Assembly (NCBI RefSeq): GCF_006345805.1
Contig: NC_042997.1
Coordinates: 152,272,001-152,336,000, forward strand
DNA length: 64,000 nucleotides
Direction of reading: 5' to 3'
Origin: Octopus sinensis
Taxonomy: Eukaryota
Position 1 is the stretch's first letter; the number at the start of each line of letters is the position of its first letter. The notes below the pieces were generated by a model. The model was given only the letters and a program-made list of their open reading frames with translations. It made no database searches and was not told the origin of the DNA. This document shows, in pieces, positions 12,521-24,509 of the stretch. A program made the translations under genes and the position numbers.

Positions 12521-12730
12521 TCTGCGGCCCGGGACTCGGCATATTAAAACGAAATAGCTTTATTATAAGAATTATTTTCAACTCATTTGTGTACTTCAAA
12601 ATGAATTTCTGCAAGAAATATCGATTAAATGAAACTTTTTGTATGCAAATTAAGCATATTGCGAAATCATTTAAATTTAAGACTAAATCTTCTGTTTGGA
12701 AATTACATTATACAGGGTTAGGTTTTATAT

Positions 12731-12745
12731 TGAACTTTCTAGAAA
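12731..12745. promoter_or_regulatory. Heat-shock element (three units)
   Basis: tGAActTTCtaGAAa = perfect nGAAnnTTCnnGAAn. Confidence 0.85.
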
Positions 12746-12867
12746 TACTGCTCGACTTTTTGGAGTTCAATATTTTAAACCACTTTTACGAAGTGTTACG
12801 TTTATTAAACAAAATTGTAAATCAAAATAATAACAGTAAGTCATTTTAAAGTTAATTACACTAAGCA

Positions 12868-12882
12868 TTTCTAGAAGCTTCT
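12868..12882. promoter_or_regulatory. Heat-shock element (three units)
   Basis: tTTCtaGAAgcTTCt = perfect nTTCnnGAAnnTTCn. Confidence 0.85.
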
Positions 12883-13070
12883 AAGAATGAATACGGATAA
12901 TTTGGAGTTACCGACAGGTCATTGCGACTGCGCATTGATACATAAGCCGCGCATGGGAAAGGCCGGTCATTGATCCTTCTAGTTATTTACTAGTAAATCA
13001 CGTCCGAACATTCTTGTCGTCCTGAAGTTTTGTCTGCTTTAAACCAAACCTTGAATTTAGAAAAACAACA

Positions 13071-13073
13071 ATG
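13071..13073 (+). CDS. HSPE1: HSP10 exon 1, coding part (ATG only)
   Basis: AAAAACAACA ATG|GTATGT. Exon 2 begins in phase 0 without a Met. ATG-only first coding exon as in vertebrate HSPE1 (from memory). Confidence 0.85.
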
Positions 13074-14134
13074 GTATGTGTGTTTCATCAATGCATATAA
13101 ACATCTGATATGTCTATTGATGTGTTTATGTTTCAGCGACCGCTAAATGAATGAGTTATGTAAAAGAACGTTTCCTGCCCACCTTGTGATAATTTCCACG
13201 TGTTCTCTGTTCTTTGTAGATAGATTCTCTTTAAAATTATGGTAACCGGTGTTGGGGTAATTGTTCTTTTGCTATTATTACCCTAGCTAGGTCCGCTTTT
13301 TCAATGGGAAGTTTCGAAGTTAAAATAATAAACAAATTTGTAATCCAACATGAAATAATTTACGCTAATGTAAATTATTACTCTGTTTTAATTCATTTTT
13401 ATCTATTCTCCTATATTTATGTAACTCAATCTGTTGCTTTTCTATTCGTCTCATTAAAAAGAAAATGTTCGATTGGATTTAATAATTAAAAGTTAATTCT
13501 TCAAATATATATAAATCTTGAAATATATGCCTCTGTGTAAATAGTGACTTTTTTGTAAGACCTGTGCTTTTAATTATTTGATATAAAGACAACTATCTCT
13601 GAAGTGTTTCATAATATTCTGTAATCATTTTACACGTTTGTTTTCTAAATTTTTAATTACATATTAAAATACTCCCTTAATCCTTTGTTGACCTTTAGGG
13701 TACCTTCGCTTGGTGCACACCTTTTTTCGCTATGCATTGCCTTCATGTATGACATTGAATTTTTGACCTTGTCGAAACTAAGTTAGGGTCTGAAGATCTT
13801 TCTTCGTAAGGACGCCCTAAATTAACGCGAACGGTCTACTGAAGCTATTCGTGCATGTAACACTATACAGCCGTTGAGGTATTAAAGAGGGCTACAACAT
13901 TTAGGAATACCCTTTCCGTTCGTTATCTTATATAAATATACATTTTTTTTTTCTTAGATTACGTGTTTCTGTTTCGCCCACGTGAAACGAACTCCGAAAC
14001 TATCCATTTACACTCATCATGCCCTTGAAAAAGACTTTTTTTCTTTATGCTAATTTTATTGGCTTTGTTTTAAAGACATTCCTCGTTTGTGCGATCGAAT
14101 TCTGTTCCACTGTAATATTAAATTATAAATTAAA

Positions 14135-14425
14135 GGCGGCGAGCTGGCAGAAACGTTAGCACGCCGGGCGAAATGCTTACCGGCATTTCATCTGTCTTTA
14201 CGTTCTCAATTCAAATTCCGCTGAGGTCAACTTAGAGCCCCACCCCCACCCATTTCTCCCAAATGTGTTTAATTAAAAAAAAAAAAAAAAAAATTGCCGA
14301 AAACCCCGTTTTCGTATACGGAGGTTCCGGAAAATTGCCAAAAATCAGTATTGTTAAATTTGGCCCCCTAAATTATTCTTGTCATTCATCCTTTCGGAAT
14401 CGATAAATTAAGTACCAGTTGCGTA
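14135..14425 (+). mobile_element. Copy of the most abundant SINE family, interrupted by ~150 bp of unrelated sequence
   Basis: Head GGCGGCGAGCTGGCAGAAACGTTAGCACGCCGGGCGAAATGC; body TTCATCCTTTCGG..TCGATAAATTAAGTACCAG. Confidence 0.8.
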
Positions 14426-16297
14426 CTGAAGTCATCTTATCAACTAGTCCCCTCCCCCAAAATTTTGGGCCTTGTGCATAAAGTACAAAAGAATATTAAA
14501 TTTTAAATTGAAGTTGTCAGCAAGCACATCAGAATTACTCAGTTTTCCCAACATTTACGGGATAATCAACAAAAAACCTAATAGAGCGAATGAAATTAAC
14601 CTTCAACGTCTCGTGTTTTCATATTTAAAAACGAATTTCGGTGTCGAGTTCTGTAAAGCTAACTTTAAATCACAACCCTTTAAAAAATAGTGTCCGATAA
14701 TGAAATTTTAGTGAAGTTGATTTTATTAAAAGTATTATGATAACGTTTTCTTTTCTTTTTGATACGGGCTAACTGTTTAACTTTCCCACTCGCCCCCCTT
14801 TATTTATTACGATTTGTGTTATGTTACTGTGACCTTTTTTTTTCTTTTAATATCTCATAATGGATCTGCGAACTATATTTTATCTACGGGCGTTTTTTTG
14901 GGTTAGGTAAAACAATTTTAAGTCTCTTTATAATGAAGCATTACTTGTGATAAGGATTTGATCCCCTAAATGATTTTATCACTCGTTAATTCAGGTTTAT
15001 ACAATTTTATCTCATAAGGGTAGTTTAAAGGTCAACTTATCTTAGTTAAAAATTCTCCGCTCCCGAAAACTAGGTTATGACTTACATTTACTTAATTTCA
15101 GACATTGGACCGCGGCTGTTCTAGGGCACCGTCTTTCAAGGACTTACTCGGTTCATACCTGAATCGCACCTCTCTTGAAAAAAAAACTTTTTTTTTATAT
15201 ATTCCCGATTCTTATGTTTTAGATATCGGAGATTACGAATATGCAAAAAAACACGTTTTCAAAATTTTAAATTCAATAAGCATAGATATATGTATAAAGA
15301 AATAGATAGATAGATATGAATGCCTTCCTGGGGATCTAAAAACAAAAGTAACTATATAAACTCATGGTCGTTATTAATCTATTTAAAATGAGACAAGTAA
15401 TTCACTGTATAGACCAGATGTGAAGAAAACTGAGGCCAACTTACTTATTGATCAGTTCGTAGGAATTCAGTGTTTGCAACTAGATTTTAGGACCAGTGGT
15501 GGTAGATCAGTGCTTTTTCATTATGATCCATTGCACATGTCGCAGTTCACTTGGCCACCCGAATATATGAAACAGCAGGGTGCAAATGTTACAATCTTAT
15601 AGGTAACTGAACGTTGTTGCTTATATTGCAAACAGAATTGTGTTAGGTTGCCAAAACCTGCAGAGCTCAGTAGCATAATAAAGTATGTTTCTGAAAGTTG
15701 GAGATCCCAGCATTCTGGAACCAGTAGCACCTTGATTGTAGTGACAGCAGGTGCTAGGTGGAATGACTTCTTTTCTTTGGTATCAAGGAAATTGTCAGAT
15801 TAAGGATTAAGCAGATGTCTCTGGTTGAACGTATACTTTGACCCAAGTTCTGTTGCTTTGTATGCCAAACTAAGATGAACTAGAAAACTTTAATCCAGCT
15901 GATCATCTGTTTCTGCCAACTGTGTTGAGAACTTGAAGTTAAGGAGCCTCAGGTTTGGAGATAGATGGTCAGGTCCTGTGTATGTAATCACTTTTCGATG
16001 TGAATAAAGAAATTACATCACTTGTCAGTTATTGGCAAATATATCTACGTGTGAGAACCAATGTAAAAAAATTTTAAAAAAACATTCTTATCTTAAATAC
16101 TGTGACTATTAAACAAAATTGTAATTAAGCAATATAGTATCAGTGCAGATAGACTCTCTGTTGAATGCATATCATATTCGTTAGTTACTATTAAATTTCA
16201 AAATGAATATACATGTGTGTTAGCATACCGGGCGAAATGCTGAGTATTTCATCTGCTGTTACATTCTGAGTTAAAATTCCGCCACGGTCGACTTTAA

Positions 16298-16512
16298 CCC
16301 TTTAGTGTTTAAACAGGCCATATCCAGCACAAATATTCTGTCCTGCTTTATGTTGAAACCTGCCAGATATGACCTACAGCTACCTTAGAATGTCATTCTA
16401 AAAATAAGCAATCACATCATCAAAATCTCAAAGCTCTGAGATAATACTTGATTAATTCAAAGCAATGTGAATAAACATTACATTTTGACAAATTAATCTG
16501 AATGCTAAAGGG
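16298..16512. mobile_element. TTAA-flanked MITE (piggyBac-like) directly after a truncated SINE
   Basis: TTAA|CCCTTTAGTGTT ... AATGCTAAAGGG|TTAA; 215 bp. Confidence 0.85.
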
Positions 16513-17622
16513 TTAAGCCAGTCTATTAGGGAGTACTTTTCGATGATGCTCTGAAATATATAGGTTTTTGGTGGTTTTTGATTATCTCTTATCAGCTCTG
16601 CTTTAAAGTGGCAGCCAGGTCACATAATTGCTCTAATACACACTTTTCCATGCTTGCATGTGTTGGGCAAAGCTTAGTCTGATTTTTCTATGGTTGAGTG
16701 TCCTTGTTGCCAAGCCTCACTTAATTCTGCACAAGGTAATATTTCCCTATGGCCTGATATGTTCTCACAGATTACTAGAAATGCATGACTTGTGTGACAG
16801 TAATGCTCATCTATGACTATCACGCAATGTCAAGTCAAGGAGATACACGATGGCCTTCTTTCAGTGTCTACCAAATCCACTCAAAAAGCTTTAGTCAGCC
16901 CAGTGTTATAGTAGAAGACATTTGTCCAATGTGCCACACATTGGGATTGAACCCAGAACCATTTGATGGGGAAGCAAACTTCTTACCACACTGTCATGTC
17001 TGCACCTAATTATCTGATTTGTTGCACATAAAAAATGAAATAATTAGCAAGGCATATAAACCCACGTTTGAATTGAAAGTATATACACCTAATTATAGGC
17101 AAAATGCTATTATTACTTAAGCCATCTTGTTGCTTGCTGTGTTCATCTGATGCTCCCACTAATCTCAGTCCTTCTACTACAGATCATCTGCCTTTCTAAT
17201 TGTTTTTCCTGCAATCTTTTAACTTCATAATAATACTCAAATTGAACATCAGCCTATTAATTTCACATGGTCTCAGCAGGCCTTCAAAGGTCATAGATAA
17301 CGACTTTCTTTGTGATGAGATTTTTTTTTTAAATTGGACCTGTTGCAATAAATGCATAGTAATATTTTTTTTTTTACATTATTAGAAATGTCAAGTCACT
17401 GAGTTTACTTGTAAGCAAGCTGTTTTAAATTAAGATTGTCTTCCCAATATAAAAGGCTAAAAGGTGTTCCTTGGAATTTGGCCTCTACAGTGAGCTAGTT
17501 ATGTTGAAACCTGTTGATGATTATGTATTACAGTTGTAATTTTCTAAAATATAATTTGCTAATCTGCCATTTGTAATAAATTTATGAATCATACATAAGA
17601 CTTTTTATTATTATTATTATAG

Positions 17623-17784
17623 GCTCGTGCTTTTAACAAGTTTTTACCATTATTGGACCGTGTCCTTGTGGAGCGATTTCTGCCTGAACTAAAAACTAAA
17701 AGTGGTCTCATGATCCCAGAGAAGTCTCAAGGCAAGGTTGTCCAGGCAACAGTGGTGGCATGTGGTCCAGGAGGCAGAGCTAAA
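17623..17784 (+). CDS. HSPE1: HSP10 exon 2 (ARAFNKFLPLLDRVLVER...TVVACGPGGRAK)
   Basis: Cpn10 PLxDRV motif and mobile loop KTKSGLMIPE; AG| and |GTATGT; 162 nt. Confidence 0.98.
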
Positions 17785-19164
17785 GTATGTATTTTTCTAT
17801 TTTTGCATTTTTACTCCCCAGCATCATCTGCATGCAGATGATGGGCAGATTGTATACTGCTTGTGTGGGAAGTTCAATACTGCTTAGTGGTGCGGTGTGG
17901 GCTCTGAATGTAGCTGTTGTTTGGCAAATTGAGTTGAATGAAGCATGAATGTTTTGATGTCAGTGTGAATGAACAATGCAAATGAGCTGAAAGAAATGCT
18001 GAGCATAGGGAGGATCAGATGTAGTGTGCAACAGGGAAGACTGCTGTTATGGGTGTGTGATATGTATAGAAGGTGTCAGCTGTATAAAGAAGCGTGGGGC
18101 CCTCAAAGCAGATGAAATCTATTGAGTAGTGACTCAAGATGAAGTGTTGAATGCAATCAGAATGTTGAACCCCATGGAGATGACAGGACTTAGATAATTA
18201 GTGACACAGTGTCAAATAAAAAATCATTGTCTTGTACAAGTATAATGAAATCAATGCTAAATTTGTTAATTGCATAGACTGGACAGTATGTGTATTTGCA
18301 CAAACACATGCTTTTGCATCTCTGATCCAATATACCTCTCCCCTGTCTTTGGTACCCACTTGCTTCCCTATATTCATTCATTTGTTGTGTGACTGATGAA
18401 GGCATGGCATCCATCACTATTTATTCATCTGTGCTTCTATTACTCTATCTTTTTATTAGCTCTTTCCAGTGACTGTTTCTTTGTACACATGCACACTAAT
18501 CTCAAGTATGTTACCTTGAATGAATACAGAATGATGAGTGTTCTTAAGGAATACAAAGCAACTGGTGCCAGGATAAAATGTACCAAGTACACTCTGTAAA
18601 GTGTTTTTAGTGAATGAATTGAGAAAGTGTAATTAGAAGTCTTTGTCTTGCTGAGAATATTACAACCTCAATAAAATGCCCCCCAATACAAAAAGTAGTT
18701 GGTTGATAGGAAGGGCATCTACTTGTAGAAAGTAGATCAGATTTGCAATGTTTAAGTGGTCTGTCAACACACTTAAGATAGTAACTTTGAAAAGGAACCA
18801 GCTCTCCAACCCATGGAAAGTCATGGTCTATTTGAGTTGTAAAGTTAGTTGATAAAATGTTGCAGATAAGTTTAGTAAATTGCTGGAAATTAAAAGCATT
18901 TACTGTGAGATAATAATTGTTGATGGGGACATGTACTTTATATGGATTATGTATGCTCAATAAAAAGATGTCATAAGACTGAAAATGTTGCCACTGATAT
19001 TCTAAGCGTTTATTAATTACAGAGTTGAGAAACAAGATAATTTTATCAGTTCTATTTGGATTATTGAAGATTACATGCAAAATATAGTATGAATAATTTA
19101 CATTTTCAAACAATACTGTATCTAGCTGCTATTTTATGCATTTATTTTTGCAATTGTTTTACAG

Positions 19165-19254
19165 GATGGCAGTACTGTTCCACTTACTGTCAAGTTTGGT
19201 GATGTTGTCCTATTGCCAGAATATGGTGGCACAAAAGTAGAATTAGACAAAAAG
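19165..19254 (+). CDS. HSPE1: HSP10 exon 3 (DGSTVPLTVKFGDVVLLPEYGGTKVELDKK)
   Basis: ttttacag| acceptor, AAG|GTGAG donor; 90 nt; PEYGGTKV motif. Confidence 0.97.
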
Positions 19255-19277
19255 GTGAGATGTGTTTTAACTGTTAA

Positions 19278-19751
19278 CCCTTTAGCATTTAAACCGGCCA
19301 AAATATTCTGGCCATATCCAACCTATCACACCTACCCTACAATATCATTCTGAAAATAAACAATCATATCATTAAGATCTCTAAGCTTCTAGATAATGCA
19401 TGAGTAACTAAAAACTGAATAAATAAGCTATATCTCAAGGGTTCCCAACCATTTTTTATCTATGGATCCCTTTGATTACTATTTTATTCTGGTAGACCCC
19501 ACCATAGCCATTTGGTGTTTAAAACTAGTTTTACAAGAAACTTCTTTCGGAATTATTTCGTTTTTAGCACATTAACTTGTGTAAGCTGAACTATGTAAAA
19601 TGTTACTAACTGCTTCTTGCAATACATATATCTAAAGCAAAACTTTTTTCAGGGGTCCTTAAAATAAGATCCCCAATTTACTACTTCGTTGCGGGAACCC
19701 TGGTTGAGAACCACTGCCATACATTAACAAGAGTAATCTGAATGTTAAAGG
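19278..19751. mobile_element. TTAA-type MITE carrying a nested hAT MITE
   Basis: TTAA|CCCTTTAGCATT start; degenerate CTGAATGTTAAAGG end; interrupted at 19436-19716. Confidence 0.7.
19436..19716. mobile_element. hAT-type MITE
   Basis: CAAGGGTTCCCAACC ... GGTTGAGAACCACTG termini; degenerate 8-bp TSD CTATATCT/CCATACAT. Confidence 0.65.
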
Positions 19752-19837
19752 AAAGAAACTTTTTTTAAAAAAACCCGTGTAGCTCCAGTATCTAAAAACT
19801 CACTATTTTACAGCTTCTAGTTTTGAAATATCAGTGA

Positions 19838-20337
19838 CTAGCAGTATCGCCCGGCGTTGCTCGGGTTTGTAAGGGAAATAACTATATAAGCATTTTTAGA
19901 GAGTTACTTCCCTTATAGATGCCAATTCGGGCTTTCTTAGCCATTTCTGTTTTGGTGTCTTCAAGCCATGAAGTCGTGGTTCTAAAAGAACGCTGGTCTC
20001 CTTGACAACGCATTACGACGTTGATTTCCTTACACTCCCTTCCCCACAGCTTCACGAGGGAAAGAAGAAGGGGAGAAGCAAACAGGTGCAGGTGTGACCA
20101 TGGACGCCAACTCCGCCGCCATCGACACACGAAAAATTATGCATTAAAATGGAATAAAAAATGATGTTAAATTATTTTTAAAATCGTAGACGTGCGCTAA
20201 TACTCAGACAGGCTCGATATGAATCACGACTATAAGATACCCGAATTTGGTTAAACTGCACCGCAAAATGTGGGAGTAGTTAGGAATCTAAATCAAAGGG
20301 GACAGACACTCACACAACTACAGTTTATATATATAGA
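19838..20337 (-). mobile_element. Non-autonomous Helitron (500 bp)
   Basis: Minus strand: A|TCTATATATATAAA start; subterminal hairpin CCCGAGCAACGCCGGG; CTAG|T end; no TSD. Confidence 0.8.
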
Positions 20338-21102
20338 TATATTCAAAGTAAAGTTGTGGAAAAGTTACTAGGGAAAACTTCTGCTAAAGTTTCTATGGCT
20401 GTTTATAAGTTTTCTCTATCATGACATATGCTATGGAGAGCAGAATGTTTTAATATTTCAAATTCTTTGTCTTCAATGTGAAGTACAGAAAAATAGTGTC
20501 ATTGGCCTTTTAGCTTTCTCTTCTCTTTTTAAAGGCCAAGATCCAAAGTTTAGATTTCTCACTCCAGGGAGCATAAATGCATAGGTGCTTGATTAAACGG
20601 CGAAGATTGTAGCAATTATCTGTTCCAGTTAATGTCATTGAAAGAGTTACTTCCCTTGTTCTGGAAGTTGAAACTCGAGTTTTCTTATTGATATTAGCTT
20701 TCCTTGTCATGAAAATATCTAGTTGGTGTACTGAGTAGCTGTTGGAATTCACCTCTCTTTGTTTTGTTTTTACCTTTTGTTGGTTAAATACTTAGCTCTG
20801 AGAACCTGTGACTATCAAAATAGCAGACAAAAGTAAAATTACAATATTTATTTTAAAAGGGACTCATGAGAAAATGTAGTCCTGAACTGATCAGAGGATC
20901 ATAGCTGAAACGTTTTTGCCCTTGGGTCTTTAAACAATCGCCATCTTCCTGTGACGATCTGTTTTCCACGCTGGCATGGGTTGGACGGTTTTGATCAAAG
21001 CTAGTAAGCCAGAGAGTTACACCAGGTTCCAGTCTCGTTTGGTTTCTATGACTGCATGTTCTTCCTAATCCCAGCCACTTTACAGTGTGTACTAGGTGCT
21101 TT

Positions 21103-21502
21103 GGATCTTTTCGGTTTGACCGTAAGTTTTTTTTAATAATTTCCACGTAACTAAACACTTTTAAACTTCGTATACTGGTAGAATGTGTTTATAAAACATC
21201 TTTTTCTCTTGGCTTTATTGAGAAAATTCTATAGTTTGTAAGATATTTGTTGTTTTTTTTTCTTCAATTTCTGAAATTTCAACCAATCAATGACGTCTAT
21301 TGAGGTGAAAACATTCTGTGCCTTATGAATATGTCCCTCGTTTGAGAAACAGATTGGGTTTATTTACATTTCTGAAGAAAAAAAAGATACCCTAACCCTA
21401 AAACAGATTGAAATGCAATAGATCGATACTAGGGTCATAATTATGGGTGACAATTTCATATGACGCCGCTAGAAAAAACTGCCGTTCAAACCAAAAAGAT
21501 CC
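21103..21502. mobile_element. 400-bp non-autonomous DNA transposon with GGATC-starting TIRs and 8-bp TSD
   Basis: GGATCTTTTCGGTTTGACCG ... CGTTCAAACCAAAAAGATCC; TSD GGTGCTTT/GGTACTTT; splits an RTE-tail copy. Left half recurs at ~31872-32069. Confidence 0.8.
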
Positions 21503-21642
21503 GGTACTTTTAATGTTCCACCAGCAGGACTGATTTATGGGCTTTTAAACGTTTTTACTCATTTCATTTCTTATTTGCTGATTATTTTTGCTTACTATGT
21601 TATTATTAAATCATTGTTAACTGTTTTTATTTTCTTTTGCAG

Positions 21643-21693
21643 GAATATTTCCTATTCAGAGATTCTGATATACTTGGAAAATTTGAATCCTAA
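21643..21693 (+). CDS. HSPE1: HSP10 exon 4 (EYFLFRDSDILGKFES*)
   Basis: ttttgcag| acceptor; conserved FRDxDILGK; TAA at 21691-21693; total protein 101 aa. Confidence 0.97.
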   Translation, partial: EYFLFRDSDILGKFES

Positions 21694-22309
21694 TGTTGTT
21701 TGTTAGTCTAAGGCAGATTCTGGCATACTATTATGTATAAATTAGAACTTGAGAGGAAGAAAGACGCTGTTAATTTTATGAGCTTGCAGACCAGTGATAC
21801 ATGAAGATGTGTGCAAAGCTACATGTTCAAAAGTACTGACATCACCATAACTCATGTTCAAAATTAACTTATTGGGAGTCTACTGGAAGCGATTTGGGAG
21901 TGTATTTTTGTGTTTTGCTTGTTATTGAATTTAGTAGTTTTTCTTTTAAGCTAGGTTTCTCTAATTTTTATTTCCATTGCTTTGTCTGCTGGGGTTTTTT
22001 TTACGTATAAATCTATGTTTAGGGAAAAATCATGGGTGCTACCTAAATGATAACTTCTACACTTTAATACATTATGTTCATTTAAGCAAAAACTCTTGAG
22101 GCTTCTCACTGTCAGTGCTTGGTCTCTTCCTCTTCATCATGTGCCACAAATCATTGAAATCATTTCTACCTGAAAACAAAATGTTCTATATTTTATCACT
22201 GATTTATAGCCCATTCTAGCATGTGAAAGAACTGTAGAGTTTTTTTTCTTACACGTTGTCAGAAACTCCCAAATATTCTGTACATATGATCATTTTGAAG
22301 ATTGTGATA

Positions 22310-22315
22310 AATAAA
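22310..22315 (+). terminator. Probable HSP10 polyadenylation signal AATAAA
   Basis: First AATAAA I found downstream of the stop (~620 nt), followed by a T/GT-rich tract. Confidence 0.55.
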
Positions 22316-22448
22316 TATCTCAAAATACACTATTGTTTCACTATTTCTCAAATTTCTAAGTTTTTGTGATTTGTCTTTTTTGTTTTACTTTTCCCTGTGA
22401 AAATGGTTTTGTCTATCTATTTACTACTGAAACTTTGCTTGCTGGCTT

Positions 22449-24043
22449 GTCTGTCATTTAATACAGCCAAACTGGCACATAATGGAAAATAATCTTAAAA
22501 GTAAATACCCCTGAAATGTGAATACAAACAGAATAAAACAGTTTCATGTAAATCTGACTACAGGTTTCTGAGATACAGACTTTCGTGAGGGTTTGTTTCC
22601 ACAAATTTAAGTAGTAAAGCTTGGAGTTTTTGCCCTTCACTCAACAAATACCATTTAGATGCTGTGGTTTCAGAGATTTATGAGAAAGAATTCTGAGTGG
22701 GTGGGGAGGAGTTTTGGAAAATTTACATGAGCCAATTTTTTTCCCGCATAATTTTCAGGAAAATGGATTTCTTTTAGTGAAATTTTATACAAATACCTTT
22801 CCAACGGCATGGATTACGATCCTTAAAATTTATGGGGAAACTTTTTATGAGGAGTATTGGATTTGGAAGACCAAATAAGTTGAAACTACTGTTTTCACAG
22901 ATTTTTCCCACTCTTTTTCACCACAGACTTCAAAATGTCTTTATATGAAAAAAAGTTTGGAAAATTTTTTTAATTCTTCACCATCCCACTTTGGACTGAT
23001 TTTGGCCAAGGGAGGAGCCTTTATGGTTAAAAAAAAAAATTGTAAATACTTTCAGAGGAAAATAGTACAATTCAAGGGAGATTTGGCTGTTGTTTCTAGC
23101 ACATCCCAAACCACACTCCGTTTTCACTCTCACATGTATTACTGTTTTCTCTTTTTCTCCCATTAAACACATTTTGTGGAACAATGCTGACGTAACACAT
23201 GTGGTCCATTAGTGTAATATAAGCAAAAAAAAAATTGTAATTTCAATTTTTATCCTTACCTCAATCAGTCAGTGTGCGTGTAAGGGAAAGCATTTTCTAA
23301 CAGAAAAGTATGCTATTAAAATGAATTGTCATTTACATATCACTGGATAAATGCCAGCAATGACCTCAGGCTCTCCAATATTTTAATTCATAAACAGAAG
23401 TAATTGGGGGCAGGCAGTGAGGTTGCCAAAAAAATTTTTTTTTTTTTTATACCATATACATGTATTTATGGGGAGGAAAATATTGAAAAACATCAATACA
23501 TTCAAGAGTGAAAAGAAATGGGGGTTACCTTGGGATGTGCTAGAAACAACTGCCAAATCTCCCTTAAATCACTTTTTCTTCTGAATATATTTCTTCCTGA
23601 TCCAAAACTCCAGTTTTTCGAAACTCATTTTCCCCATATATTTCTTTATCATAATCTATACCATTTGAAAGGTATTTGTATAAAATTTCTTTGAGGGGAG
23701 AAAGAATTTGGATCATGTGAATTTTCCGGAACTCCTCTCCCTACCACCTCAAAAAACTTTTTCCTATAAATCCCTATTTACTCTGAATCTACAACATCTA
23801 AGTGGTATTTGTTGAAAATTTCATTAAAAAGTAACCATTTTTCTGGAAGTTATGAGGCAACAATGTTGGTGGGGTACACATCTGTAAGTATGCCAGTTTT
23901 GTTTGCATACATGTCTGTAATTTAATGCAGCCAAACCAGGCACATCATGGGAAAATACTCTAAAAGTAAGGTACTCCTAAAATGTGAATATAAATGGAAT
24001 AAAACGAGTTTTGTGTAAATTGGACCACAGATTTGTGGGGATT
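22449..24043. repeat. Complex foldback: long imperfect inverted arms bracketed by a ~125-bp direct repeat
   Basis: Arms ~22641-23108 and ~23531-23815, with three anchor blocks matched by eye; direct repeat ~22449-22575 / ~23912-24043. Confidence 0.7.
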
Positions 24044-24509
24044 TTTTTTTTTTTTTTTAGGAGTACCTTCATAATTAACCATGCATAATGGGGAAAATAC
24101 TCCGAAAGTAACATAACCCTTAAATGGGAAAATTGATTCCATTAATTTTATGTTTACATTATATAACAATTCCTTTTGCATTTTTCTAGAAGTGTGTACA
24201 TATGCCATAAATAAATACTGTTTCTGGAAGTTCAAGTTTATCCACAGAAATTCTATGTCTATTAGATGCTGCAAATAATCAATAAAACCTTTTACATGAG
24301 CTTGTAAACCAGACCCATGATGACATGAATGAACTGGAATATTTAACTGAATCATCATAAAATTAACTCATTTCAATGCAATGCTGAAACCAGCTTCAAT
24401 GTTTTATAACCTGAATCGTCAGTCACCCAACGGGTCTCGGGTAATCTAGTATTCTCTTAAACCTAACAATTTCTTTAAATTCTCAAATACTACTATTGGT
24501 ATGACTATG

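Noticed and set aside
17312-18654. C/D snoRNA-like boxes (GTGATGA 17312, ATGATGA 18531) in HSP10 introns
   Set aside because: No terminal stem and no recognisable antisense element before the nearest CTGA.
19192-19203. HSP10 KFGD where KVGD is usual
   Set aside because: A single hydrophobic substitution; its significance cannot be judged without an alignment.
24420-24450. Helitron-like 3' end (ACCC...CGGGTAATCTAG|T)
   Set aside because: No matching TC 5' end found.
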